DNA of 64,000 bases from an uncultured Desulfobacterales bacterium (GTDB taxonomy: Bacteria; Desulfobacterota; Desulfobaccia; Desulfobaccales; 0-14-0-80-60-11), in the NCBI GenBank assembly GCA_964480485.1, contig CAYZOP010000007.1, forward strand, positions 3,914 to 67,913, given 5' to 3'. Of this stretch, positions 22,120-31,653 are shown piece by piece (position 1 is the first letter of the stretch; each line of letters begins with the position of its first letter). The notes beneath the pieces are model-generated. The model saw nothing but the letters and a program-made list of their open reading frames with translations. It did no database searches and had not been told where the DNA came from. A program made the translations under genes and the position numbers.

Positions 22120-22809
22120 ATGAAACTGAGCATCGTCATGCCGGTTTACAACGAGGAGAACACCCTGGAAGAGATCTTTCGCCGGGTGCAGGCCACGCCT
22201 TATCAAAAGGAAATCATCGCGGTGGATGACTGCTCCCGGGACCGCTCCCGAGAGATCCTCAGGCAACTGGCCGAAGAATACGACAACGTGCGCCTCTTTT
22301 TTCACGAAAAAAACCAGGGCAAAGGCGCCGCCCTGCGCACCGGCTTCGCTCAGGTTACCGGGGATGTGGTCATTATTCAGGACGCCGACCTGGAATATGA
22401 TCCCGTGGATTACCCGGCCCTCCTGGACCCCATTGAACGCGACTTGGCCGACGTGGTCTACGGCAGCCGCCTCATCGGGGCCCAACCCCACCGGGTGCTT
22501 TTTTTCTGGCATTACATGGGCAACAAGGCGGTGACCACCCTGTCCAACATGTTTACCAACCTCAACCTCACGGACATGGAGGTGGGCTATAAGGTCTTTA
22601 AGTCCTGGGTGCTGAAGGATATCCAGATAAAGTCCGAACGCTTCGGGGTGGAACCCGAGCTCACCGCCAAAATCGCCAAGAAGCGGGTGCGCATCTACGA
22701 GGTGCCCATCAGCTACCACGGCCGCGATTACTCCCAAGGCAAAAAGATCACCTGGCGGGACGGCATCGCCGCCATCTTCCATATCATCCGCTTCCGTTTC
22801 TGGGATTGA
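22120..22809 (+). CDS. Family 2 glycosyltransferase (polyprenyl-phosphate sugar synthase-like)
   Basis: SIVMPVYNEE, DDCSRD and IQDADLEYDP (DxD) motifs. Confidence 0.88.
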   Translation: MKLSIVMPVYNEENTLEEIFRRVQATPYQKEIIAVDDCSRDRSREILRQLAEEYDNVRLFFHEKNQGKGAALRTGFAQVTGDVVIIQDADLEYDPVDYPALLDPIERDLADVVYGSRLIGAQPHRVLFFWHYMGNKAVTTLSNMFTNLNLTDMEVGYKVFKSWVLKDIQIKSERFGVEPELTAKIAKKRVRIYEVPISYHGRDYSQGKKITWRDGIAAIFHIIRFRFWD

Positions 22810-22819
22810 CGTTGGGGAA

Positions 22820-22942
22820 AGCAGGGGGAGGAGTCCTCGGCCTTCTCCGCATCCCCCACCCCACCTCTTTCCCGACCCCTGATCGGGGGGAGAGGTTGAG
22901 GGGAGGGCATGGAAAACCCGGCTCCCCCGGCCCTCCCCCCGG
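22820..22942. repeat. G/C-tract palindromic intergenic repeat, copy b
   Basis: CCCCTGATCGGGG hairpin (22876-22888) nested in the imperfect arms CCCCACCTCT...AGAGGTTGAGGGGAGGG. CACCTCTTTCCCGACCCCT is shared with copy c. Confidence 0.6.
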
Positions 22943-22956
22943 GCAACTGACAAGCG

Positions 22957-23457
22957 GTGCAGGCATCCTCTGGAAAAATGTGGCTGGTGCGAATGTTCCT
23001 GGTGGCCTGGGCGGCCCAGACGGCCTGGCTGGGGTGGCACTTCGGGCCCGAGGCCGCCGATGTGGCCCGGCGGCTGGCCGCCGGTCGGGTGGGGGAAGCC
23101 GTCCGCCTGGAGGACCCCTTTTACCGCTGGGTCCTGGAGTTGGCGCAGGTTATCCCCCCGGGGGCCTCGTATGTCTTTCTGGACCGGTATGAAGCCGGCA
23201 AGGAGATCGAGGCCCGGTATCACCTCTATCCCCGGCGCCACGTCCTGGGGCTCCCCCACCTGCCGCCCAGCTATCTGTTTTATGACCTGAGGCGCCACCA
23301 GGCCGGCTTCCTCGTGGTTCATGCCGCCGGGGAACCCCTCTCCCCGGAGGTTCGGGCTGCGGTGGGCGCCCCCGCCTTTGCGCCCCTGGACCTGCCGGGG
23401 CCGGGCCGGGTCTTCCGGGTGGCGGCGGACCGCCTGGCCGGGGACTTCTATGACTGA
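22957..23457 (+). CDS. Hypothetical protein (one N-terminal TM helix)
   Basis: 166-aa ORF whose stop overlaps the next start by 8 nt (ATGACTGA). I recognise no family. Confidence 0.5.
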   Translation: MQASSGKMWLVRMFLVAWAAQTAWLGWHFGPEAADVARRLAAGRVGEAVRLEDPFYRWVLELAQVIPPGASYVFLDRYEAGKEIEARYHLYPRRHVLGLPHLPPSYLFYDLRRHQAGFLVVHAAGEPLSPEVRAAVGAPAFAPLDLPGPGRVFRVAADRLAGDFYD

Positions 23458-25027
23458 GGCGCTGGGCCAGGTTGTCCGCCTCCTGCTGGGTCTGGGTTTC
23501 CTGCACGTGGTGGGATATGCCGGCTTTCGCCTGGCCTGCCCGCAGCCCGGCGCTTTTTCCCGCCCGGAGCGGTTTTCCCTGAGCTTCGGCCTGGGAGCCC
23601 TGGGCGTGAGCCTCTGGATGCTGGGACTGAGCGCCCTGGCCCTCCCCTTCCACCCGTCCTTGCTGCTGCTGCCGTTGGGATTGGCGGCAGGCGCAGTCTT
23701 CTTGACCATGCGGCGCCCCCCGGCAGGCCCATCCCCGACCCCAGCCCCCGAGCCGGCCTCCCCTGATTGGACGGGGTTCGAGAAGCTCTGCCTGGGACTG
23801 CTGGCGGCGCTCTTCATCTTTGCCTTCTTGCGGGCTTCGCTCTTCCCCCTCTGGGCCTGGGACGCCATCGCCACCTGGGGCTTCAAGGCCAAGGTCTTCC
23901 ATCTCCGGCAGGGGGTGGATTTCACCGGCTTCAGCGCCCACAACTACTACCCCAACCTGGTGCCCCTGCTCCTCACCTTTCTTTACGGCTGTCTGGGGCG
24001 GGTCAACGACCACCTGGTGCAGGCCCTGTTCCCGTATTGGGGCGCCATGCTGCTCATCCTCCTGGCGGCCTTCCTGCGGCGCCTGGGGCTGAGCCGCCCC
24101 CAGGCCCTGGGGGTGACCGCGTTTTTTGCCTCGAGCGGGGTCACCTTCATCACGCATCTTTATATCGCCTACGCCGACCTGGCCCTGACCTATTATGCCC
24201 TGGCCGGGTCCGGCCTCACCTACCTCTGGCTCCGGGATCAGGCCCCGCCGGGGTCGCTGCCTGTGGCGGCGCTCATGGGTGCCGGCCTTGCCTGGACCAA
24301 ATTTGAAGGCCCACCCCTGGCCGCCACCATTGTTCTGGCCGCGCTCCTCACCCTGCTGTGGCTGCGCCCGCCCCGCCTCTGGCGCCGTCTGGCCGCGCTG
24401 GGCTGGCTGGTGGGAGGCATCCTGCTGGGGGTCCTGCCCTGGCGGCTGTTCATGCAAGCCCGCCAGATCGAGGTGGGCAGCGACCATATCCTGAGCTTTT
24501 TCCCCCATCAGCTTCTTCAGGCCCTGCCGCCTTTCTTCAAGATGCTGGCCTCGCCCTGGGGATTCGGGTTCCTCTGGTGGGCCGCCTTGACTGCGGTCAT
24601 CCTCACCGGCAGGCGCCTTTTTGCCACCCCCCGCCTGTTTTTGGCCCTGTTGTTGGCCGGCAACCTGCTGGCCGTCCTCCTGGGCTACGCCCTGCCTCCC
24701 ACTTCGGCCGAAGAATTCCCCTTCTACGTCCGGGCCACTCTGGACCGTCTGCTGCTGCACATTGCCCCACTGGCCGCCCTGCTGGTGGGGGAGGCCGTGA
24801 TGGACGTGGGGGGAGGAGGCCGGTGGGCCCCGGCCCCCTCCTCCGTATCCCCTCCCTCCACCCCAGAAAAAACGGGCAGGGAAGGCGAGCCGTTGGCCCG
24901 CCTTCCCTGCCCCATCTGCGGACTGGGAGGGGGTGCAGAAAGAGGGCAGGGACCTCAGATCCCTGCCCTCCCCCGTCATCAACCTATCCCAGTTTACACA
25001 CCCCGGCCGCGCATTTCTTGGCGGTGA
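23450..25027 (+). CDS. Polytopic membrane protein, GT-C/ArnT-PMT-like glycosyltransferase candidate
   Basis: About 525 aa from MTEALGQVVRLLLGLGFLHVVGY. It has more than 10 predicted TM helices and sits downstream of the GT2 gene. The family assignment is by architecture only. Confidence 0.55.
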   Translation: MTEALGQVVRLLLGLGFLHVVGYAGFRLACPQPGAFSRPERFSLSFGLGALGVSLWMLGLSALALPFHPSLLLLPLGLAAGAVFLTMRRPPAGPSPTPAPEPASPDWTGFEKLCLGLLAALFIFAFLRASLFPLWAWDAIATWGFKAKVFHLRQGVDFTGFSAHNYYPNLVPLLLTFLYGCLGRVNDHLVQALFPYWGAMLLILLAAFLRRLGLSRPQALGVTAFFASSGVTFITHLYIAYADLALTYYALAGSGLTYLWLRDQAPPGSLPVAALMGAGLAWTKFEGPPLAATIVLAALLTLLWLRPPRLWRRLAALGWLVGGILLGVLPWRLFMQARQIEVGSDHILSFFPHQLLQALPPFFKMLASPWGFGFLWWAALTAVILTGRRLFATPRLFLALLLAGNLLAVLLGYALPPTSAEEFPFYVRATLDRLLLHIAPLAALLVGEAVMDVGGGGRWAPAPSSVSPPSTPEKTGREGEPLARLPCPICGLGGGAERGQGPQIPALPRHQPIPVYTPRPRISWR

Positions 25028-26831
25028 TGTGGTCTTCGAACTCTTGGCGGAAGTTTTTCAGCACACTTAAGTAGGGCGCCGGCGCGGTCTGTCCCAGGGG
25101 ACAGAAGGAGGCGTCCATCATCACCGCAGCCAGGCGTTCCAGGAAGGCCAGGTCCCCCTGAGTGCCCTCTCCCCGGCAGATGCGGTTGACGGTCTTCAGG
25201 ATCTGGGGCGTGCCCTCCCGGCAGGGGGTACATTGGCCGCAGGACTCGTGGGCGAAGAACTTGGCCACGGCGCGTACGAAATCCACTACGCAGACGCTTT
25301 GATCCATGACCAGCATGGTGCCGGAGCCCAAGGCACCGCCCGCCTTGGCCATGGCGCCGAACTCCAGGGGCACGTCCAAGGCGTCTTTGGTCACTACGCC
25401 GGCGGAGGCCCCGCCGGTCTGGCAGAACTTAAAGGTGCTGCCGGCCCGCATACCCCCACCGTAAGTGTCGATGAGCTCCCGGAGGGTGATCCCCGCGGGC
25501 ACCTCCACGATCTGGGGCGTGTTCACGTGGCCGATGACCTGGTAGATCTTGGTGCCGGTGGTGTCAGCGGTCCCCAGGCCCTTGTACCAGGCGCCGCCCT
25601 TGTCGATGATGGCCGGCACGCTGGCCAGGGTTTCCACGTTGTTGACGATGGTGGGCTTGCTCCACAGGCCCGCCACTCCCGGGAAGGGCGGCTTCATGCG
25701 GGGGTAGCCCCGTTTGCCTTCGATGGACTCGATGAGCGCGGTCTCCTCGCCGCAGATGTAGCAGCCGAAGCCGGAGCGCACCTCGATGTCAAAGGAAAAT
25801 TCGGTGCCGAAGAGCTTGTTCCCCAAAAAGCCCCGGGCCCGGGCCTGTTCAATGGCCTTGTTGAGGCGGTACTTGGAGAGATAGTACTCGCCCCGCACGT
25901 AGATGTATCCCTGGGAGGCCCCCACCGCGAAGCCGGCGATGGCCATGCCCTCCAGCACTTTCTGGGGGTCGCCCTCCATGATATACCGGTCCTTGATGGT
26001 GCCGGGCTCGCCTTCGTCGGCGTTGCAGATGATGTATTTGGGGGTCACGGTCAGGGGCCGGGTGAAGGACCACTTGAGCCCGGCGGGGAAGCCGGCGCCG
26101 CCACGCCCCCGGATACCGGCAGTCTTCACTTCTTCCACCACCTGTTCCGGGGTCATGGTGGTAACCGCTTTTTTGAGGGCCTGCCAGCCGCCGGCGGCCA
26201 GGTAGTCGTCGATCTTTTCCGGGTCGATTTTCCCCACGTTCTTAAGCAGGATGAGCTCGCCCGAGGCCTGCTTGTAGGTGGTGAAGTCGTTGGTGGTGCA
26301 CTTTAAGGTGGTGAAGTCCGGCGCCTTGCCGGCCCGGTAGTCGGCCACGATCTGCCTGAACTTCTCCCGGGTGAGGTGGCCGTGCACCACCTCGTTGATC
26401 TGCATGGCCGGGGCCACCTCGCAGACTCCCAGGCAGGCGGAGAGCTCCAGGGTGAACAAGCCGTCCGGGGTGGTTTGCCCCAGGCCCACCCCCAACTCCT
26501 CCTGGGCAATCTCCAGGAGGTTTTCGGAGCCGCATACGTGACAGGGGGGCGACTCGCACATGCGGACGACATACCTGCCCTTGGGGCGCCAGGTGTACAT
26601 GGAGTAAAAGCTCATGACCCCGAAGATGTCGCTTCCAGGAACATTGAGCCCCAAGGCCAGCCGGTCCTGGACTTCCGGGGGCAGATAGCCCACCGCTTCC
26701 TGGACTTCCTGGAGGGCGGGCATGAGATTTCCGGGCTGACCCCGGTATTTGGCGATGATGGCGTCGATCTTCTCCCACTGGGCCGGGCTGAGTTGGGCCG
26801 GAGCGTGTGCCGCGCAGCTGCAATGTGTCAT
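24984..26831 (-). CDS. NAD-linked formate dehydrogenase diaphorase subunit, NuoE-NuoF fusion
   Basis: N-terminal NuoE-like 2Fe-2S domain (CESPPCHVCG...ACLGVCEVAP). This is followed by NuoF motifs GRGGAGFPAGLKW and ESCGQCTPCREG. Confidence 0.9.
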   Translation of the reverse strand: MTHCSCAAHAPAQLSPAQWEKIDAIIAKYRGQPGNLMPALQEVQEAVGYLPPEVQDRLALGLNVPGSDIFGVMSFYSMYTWRPKGRYVVRMCESPPCHVCGSENLLEIAQEELGVGLGQTTPDGLFTLELSACLGVCEVAPAMQINEVVHGHLTREKFRQIVADYRAGKAPDFTTLKCTTNDFTTYKQASGELILLKNVGKIDPEKIDDYLAAGGWQALKKAVTTMTPEQVVEEVKTAGIRGRGGAGFPAGLKWSFTRPLTVTPKYIICNADEGEPGTIKDRYIMEGDPQKVLEGMAIAGFAVGASQGYIYVRGEYYLSKYRLNKAIEQARARGFLGNKLFGTEFSFDIEVRSGFGCYICGEETALIESIEGKRGYPRMKPPFPGVAGLWSKPTIVNNVETLASVPAIIDKGGAWYKGLGTADTTGTKIYQVIGHVNTPQIVEVPAGITLRELIDTYGGGMRAGSTFKFCQTGGASAGVVTKDALDVPLEFGAMAKAGGALGSGTMLVMDQSVCVVDFVRAVAKFFAHESCGQCTPCREGTPQILKTVNRICRGEGTQGDLAFLERLAAVMMDASFCPLGQTAPAPYLSVLKNFRQEFEDHITAKKCAAGVCKLG

Positions 26832-26846
26832 CGTCGTGGCCTCCCT

Positions 26847-29537
26847 TTACGCTTTTTCGACCTGCACGGCGCAGACCTTGTATTCCGGGATCTTGCACAC
26901 CGGGTCCAGGGCGGCGTTGGTGAGTTTGTTGGCCGCGGCCTCGGCGAAATGGAAGGGCAGGAATACCGTGCCGGGCACCGCCTTGCCGGAAACCTGGGCC
27001 CGAGCCGTGATCTCGCCCCGGCGGGAGCGCACCCTCACCCGGTCGCCCTCGGCGATGCCATATTTGGCGGCGTCCGCCGCGGCCATCTCCACCCGGCATT
27101 CCGGGGCTTTTTCCGCCAGCCCCGGAGCCCGGCGACTCATGGTGCCGGTATGGTACTGATAGAGGAGCCGGCCGGTGGTCAGATACAACGGATAGTCGGC
27201 ATCCGGCATCTCCGCCGGATCTTTGTGCTCGATGGCAAAAAAGGCCCCCAGGCCCCGGGCGAAGCGGTCCTTGTGCAGAAACACCGTGCCGGGGTGGTCC
27301 TCCGTGGGGCACGGCCACTGGATGCCCCCGGCTTCCAGGCGCCGGTAGGTAATGCCGGCGTAAGCAGGGGTGACCGTGCGGATTTCCTCGAAAATCTCCT
27401 CGGGGCCGGTGTAGTTCATGGGATAGCCCAGCCGGTTGCTGAGCTCGCAGATGATCTGCCAGTCGGGCTTGCAGCCGGGAAGCGGCGGAATGCACTGGCG
27501 CACCCGGGCCACCCGCCGCTCGGTATTGGCAAAGGTGCCGTCTTTTTCCGCAAAGGAGGCGGCGGGCAGCACCACGTCGGCCAGTTTGCCGGTCTCGGTA
27601 AGGAAGATATCCTGGACCACCAATAGATCCAGCTTCTGCATGGCCTTGATGGCATGCTCCGAATCGGGGTCCGACAGGGCCGGGTTTTCCCCCATGATGT
27701 AAAGGGCCTTTATCTCGCCGGCGGCGATGGCCGGGAGCATGTCGGTCATGGTCTTCCCCACCCAGGCGGGGAGGTTGTTCACGCCCCAGGCGGCCTCCAT
27801 TTTCTTGCGGGCCGCTTCGTCGGTCACCGGCTGGTAGCCGGAAAAGACGTTGGGCAGGCCCCCCATGTCGCAGGCGCCCTGGACGTTGTTCTGCCCCCGC
27901 AAGGGGTTGACGCCGCCCCCCCAGACGCCCACGTTGCCGCAGAGCATGGCGAGATTCGCCAGGGATTTGACGTTGTCGGTGCCCACGGTGTGCTGGGTGA
28001 TGCCCATGCAATAGACGATGGAGGCCACTTTGGCCCGGGCATAGAGGCGGGCCGCGGCCGTGATATCCGCCGCCGGGATGCCGGTGATCTGCTCCGCCCG
28101 TTCCGGGGTATAGTTCGCCACCGTTTCCTTGAGCGCCTCAAAGTTTTCCGTGCGTTCGGACACGTAGGCGGCATCATAGAGGTTTTCGGCGATGATGACG
28201 TGCATCATGGCGTTGAGCAGGGCGATATCGGTGCCCGGGGTCTGCCGGAGGTAGAGTTTGGCGAACTTCACCAGGTCCTGACGCCTCGGGTCCACCACGA
28301 TGAGGTCGGCGTTTTTGAAGCGCACCGCCCGCTTGATGCGGGCTGCGATGACGGGATGGTTTTCGTTGGTATTGGAGCCGATGACCAGGATGCAGTCGGC
28401 GTCCTCCAACTCGGCGATGGAGTTGGTCATGGCGCCGGAACCGAAAGACGCGGCCAGACCGGCCACGGTGGCGCTGTGTCAGAGACGGGCGCAGTGATCC
28501 ACGTGGTTGGTGCCTAACGCCGCCCGCATGAGTTTCTGCATGAGGTAGTTTTCCTCATTGGTCACTCGAGCGGAGCACCAGCCGCCGATCTTTTCGGGAC
28601 CGTGCTTTTCCCTGATCTCTTTCAGTTTGTCGGCCACAGAGTTAAGAGCTTCGTCCCAGCTCGCCGGCACCAGCTCCCCGTTTTTCCGGATGAGGGGCGT
28701 GGTGAGGCGGTCGGGATGTTGCACGAAGCCCCAGCCGAAGCGGCCCTTGACGCACAGGCGGCCGTCGTTGGGCGCGGCGTCGGCGCCCATGACCTTGACG
28801 ATTCTGCCGTCTTTGACGTGCACCTCCAACTGGCAGCCCACCCCGCAGTAAGGGCAGGTGGTCTTGACCTTGGTGCGCTCCCAGGGGCGGCCCCGGCCGA
28901 TGGCGTTCTTGTCCAAAAGGGCCCCCACCGGGCAGGATTGCACGCACTCCCCGCAGAAGACGCAGTCCGAGTCGATGTAGGGGTAATCCGCCTTGGCCAC
29001 GATCTTGTTGTGGGAGCCCCGGTAGCCGATGGCGATGGCGTCGTTCACCTGGCGCTCGGTGCAACCCCGGACACAGCGGCCGCACATGATGCACTTGGAG
29101 AAGTCCCGGACGATCATGGTGTTGTTGTCTTCAAAATAATACGTGGTATCCGGGGGGTTGGCGAAGGGTGGCGTGGGCACCTGGTAGCGGTAGGCCAGGG
29201 CCTGGAGCTCACACTCGCCGTTGGCCTCGCAGATCAGGCAGTTGTGATTGCCGCTGGCCAGGGCCAGCTCCAGCACCATCCGTCGGGCTTCGGCCACCTT
29301 GGGGGTCTCGGTCTTGACCACCTGGTTGGCCGCCGCCGGGGTGGCGCAGGCAGGCAGCAGGGTCCGGGCTCCTTCCACTTCCACCACGCACATGCGGCAG
29401 GAGCCGGTGGGCAGGGTGTCTTTCATCCAGCACAGGGTGGGGATGAACACCCCGGCTTGGCGCGCCACCTCCAGGATGGTCTGGCCGGGCTTTATGGCCA
29501 CGGTCATCCCGTCGAGGGTCAAAGTCGGTTCGGCCAT
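26847..29537 (-). CDS. fdhA: Formate dehydrogenase alpha subunit, selenocysteine-containing (NuoG-like Fe-S N-terminus plus molybdopterin domain)
   Basis: Track ORFs 28479..29537 and 26847..28466 are in the same frame (2691 nt). They are joined by a single TGA at 28479-28481 in the context [30 protein letters not shown], which is the canonical FdhA Sec site. Confidence 0.92.
28450..28481 (-). promoter_or_regulatory. Candidate bacterial SECIS hairpin following the fdhA UGA
   Basis: UGA + 12 nt + GUGGCC-GGUCU-GGCCGC (6-bp stem). The GGUCU loop starts 18 nt after the UGA, the same spacing and loop as my recollection of the E. coli fdhF SECIS. Confidence 0.6.
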
Positions 29538-29719
29538 GCGCTGTTTTCCTCCGTAGTTCTGGCGCTTGCCTGGTCAAGAGCAAAGCATGTACATGTTAGC
29601 ACAATGTCTAGAAATACTACAAAATAAAATGCAGCAGCGGGGAATTGGGGGGAATTTCCGCCACCGGCCGGGAAGCGAAGACTGCCGCCTGGTTTGCGAG
29701 GATGTGAAGGTGTTGAACG

Positions 29720-29803
29720 GAGGGCTGGAGGAGCCTGGCTCCCCCCGACAGGGGATGGGGGTAAGGGTCTGCAACCTTTGGCCCCCTCCCCCCGTGACGG
29801 GGC
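29720..29803. repeat. G/C-tract palindromic intergenic repeat, copy a
   Basis: Contains GAGGGCTGGaGGAGCCTGGCTCCCC (29720-29744), a 25-mer that differs at 1 position from 52229-52253. Also contains the hairpins CCCCGACAGGGG and CCCCGTGACGGGG. Confidence 0.7.
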
Positions 29804-29820
29804 CAACCTTCTTAAGATAA

Positions 29821-30091
29821 CCTGGCCGTGCACCCTCCTTCGCCTCCGCCACAAGCCAGGGTGGCAACCGGGGGGTGAAGGATTAGGGTCCGCCACGACA
29901 CAGCCGGCCCGGCTTACCGCTGCTTCCTCCCGGACCTGACGGGGTTCACCGGCGTCTGTTGCGTGGGGTCCAATCCGCCCTTCCGGGCCTCCACCCTGGC
30001 GGCGCTGCGAGACTCTGGGAGGGGGTTCAACCCCGCATAAGCGGCTTTCGGGCTACAGGGCACCGCTAGCTCCCCGTCTAGCACGACCAGG
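29821..30091 (-). ncRNA. ffs: Signal recognition particle RNA, large (Bacillus-type, Alu-domain-containing) form
   Basis: The reverse strand contains the domain IV core GUCAGGUCCGGGAGGAAGCAGCGGUAAGCC. Its 5' Alu block CGUGCUAGACGGGGAGCUAGCGGUGCCCUGUAGCC closely matches my recollection of B. subtilis scRNA. The termini CCUGGUCGUGC and GCACGGCCAGG pair with each other. Length is 271 nt. Confidence 0.85.
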
Positions 30092-30095
30092 ATAC

Positions 30096-30374
30096 TTAGG
30101 CTGAATCGACCAATTCGCTTAATTCTTTACCGACTTTGAAAAAGGGCAGCTTCTTGCCTCCCACCTCGATGACATCCCCGGTCTTGGGATTCCGCCCTTT
30201 ATAGCCGTTGTAAAATTTGACCTTGAAGCTGCCGAAGCCGCGGATTTCGATGCGCTCATTTCTCACCAGGGCCTCCGCCATGTTCTCGAACATGGCGTTG
30301 ACCACCAGTTCCGCTTTCTTCAGGGTGAGGTTTTCAGCCTTGGCCAAGGCCTCAATGAGCTGAGACTTGTTCAT
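30096..30374 (-). CDS. HU/IHF-family DNA-binding protein
   Basis: MNKSQLIEALA...RIEIRGFGSF...GRNPKTG. The start is taken at ATG 30374, inside track ORF 30096..30413. Confidence 0.88.
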   Translation of the reverse strand: MNKSQLIEALAKAENLTLKKAELVVNAMFENMAEALVRNERIEIRGFGSFKVKFYNGYKGRNPKTGDVIEVGGKKLPFFKVGKELSELVDSA

Positions 30375-30576
30375 CCAGCACCACTCCTCGGAGGGATTTG
30401 CGGAGGCCCGCATGGAGCCGGGGCAGGCCGCCAGGGCTAATTATTCCAAATATTAAATAAAATCGGTTTGCGGGTAAAGAAAAAAATTGCGGCCCCGAGG
30501 CGGACCCTTTACAGCCGATTTCCCGGATGGTAGGCTGGCCACTGGCCCTGAAAGGCCGCTTCCACCGAGGAGCACC

Positions 30577-31212
30577 GTGGTGAATCCGGATACGGCCTTG
30601 GCGGGAGACTTTTTCCGCCGGCTGGTGACCCACAATTCCGCCGCCCTGGCAGGGTTTGCCGCCTGGGTCTTCCATCCCGGGATGCTCTTCGGCGCCTCCA
30701 GGGAGTGGTGGGGTGAGGGCAGGCGCCGGGCAACCCCCCATGAAGGGCTGGACCTGGTTTGCTTTCAGGATGACGCCCTCCGCCTCCACCTGGTCCCGGA
30801 AACGCTGGCCGTCCCCGCTCCCCTGGCCGGGGAAGTGGCCCGGCTGGTCCCTGACTTCCTGGGAACTTCTATTTTTCTCCGCCACCCCGTTTTCCGGGAA
30901 GGCTGTCAACTCTACACCGCCTTGGGACACACCCGTCCCCTGGCGACGCTCACCCTGGGCGCCAAGGTGGCAGCGGGCGACTGCCTGGCCACCCTGGCCG
31001 GCACCCGCCGCCGACCCACCCGGGTGCCCGCCCACCTCCACCTCACCTTTGCCTGGCTGCCGGCGTCGGCCTCCCCGGAGGCCCTCAACTGGCGCACCCT
31101 GGGTCACGACCCGGCCGTCCGTCTGGTGGATCCCCTCACCCTCCTCCCCCTCCCCTTCCGGCTAAGCGAAAGCCGCGCCTTGCTCAGGCTTCTCCGGGAA
31201 CTCCCCGCCTAA
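30577..31212 (+). CDS. M23/LytM-like metallopeptidase-domain protein (start uncertain)
   Basis: HEGLDL (HxxxD) and AHLHLTF (HxH) motifs. GTG 30577 is preceded by GAGGAG. The track ORF starts at TTG 30487. Confidence 0.55.
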   Translation: MVNPDTALAGDFFRRLVTHNSAALAGFAAWVFHPGMLFGASREWWGEGRRRATPHEGLDLVCFQDDALRLHLVPETLAVPAPLAGEVARLVPDFLGTSIFLRHPVFREGCQLYTALGHTRPLATLTLGAKVAAGDCLATLAGTRRRPTRVPAHLHLTFAWLPASASPEALNWRTLGHDPAVRLVDPLTLLPLPFRLSESRALLRLLRELPA

Positions 31213-31612
31213 CACCCCCCGACGCTCGCCCCGCCCGCCTGCGGGCCTCGACCTTGCGGTTTCCGGGTCTTTCCAGACCGGGGCCACGCCAAAAACTGCG
31301 GGCCGGTCCCGGTCTCCCCGGGCCGGATGGCAGGCTCCCCGGCGGAGACAGACAACCGGCCCGGACCGAGCCGGACAATTAAGCCATAAAAAAATGTGGG
31401 ATCATGATACAAACCGTCGGGGGCTTTTTTAAATATATAACGATATCAATATGTTAACCAATGCCAGAATTTTTCCGGCAAGGCTTCGAGGCGAGGGAAA
31501 ATCCAACAATTTTAATAGCTAATAATATCAGCCAGTTAAATGACCACAGGGGATTGCTGGTGGATAATCCAACATCCGGTGTCGGAAAAAGCATCCATGG
31601 TACCTTATTAAT

Positions 31613-31629
31613 CTAATTATATCAATTAG
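31613..31629. promoter_or_regulatory. Inverted repeat CTAATT-atatc-AATTAG just upstream of the sigma54 promoter
   Basis: Perfect 6-bp arms centred about 20 nt upstream of the -24 element, within an AT-rich tract. It could be an IHF or regulator site. Confidence 0.35.
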
Positions 31630-31638
31630 TTATAAGGA

Positions 31639-31653
31639 TGGCACGGCCCTTGC
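31639..31653 (+). promoter_or_regulatory. Sigma54 (RpoN) promoter
   Basis: TGGCAC-GGCCC-TTGC matches the TGGCAC-N5-TTGC consensus exactly. It lies 68 nt upstream of the ATG at 31721. Confidence 0.7.

Noticed and set aside
22820-22942. CRISPR-like reading of the G/C-rich repeats
   Set aside because: The copies are dispersed about 7-23 kb apart and are not arrayed with regular spacers. They are internally palindromic but variable, and no cas genes are present.
28467-28481. Interpreting the split fdhA, hdrA, mvhD and fdhA-2 ORF pairs as pseudogenes or as separate small genes
   Set aside because: In all four cases there is a single TGA, both halves share one frame, and the TGA aligns with a conserved catalytic or cluster Cys known to be Sec in homologs. 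A hairpin also follows each TGA. Selenocysteine is the more economical explanation. It still depends on sel genes that are not in this window.
30020-30036. T-loop-like GGGGGTTCAACCCC, which suggested a tRNA or tmRNA
   Set aside because: It lies inside the SRP RNA Alu domain on the opposite strand, and no cloverleaf can be built.
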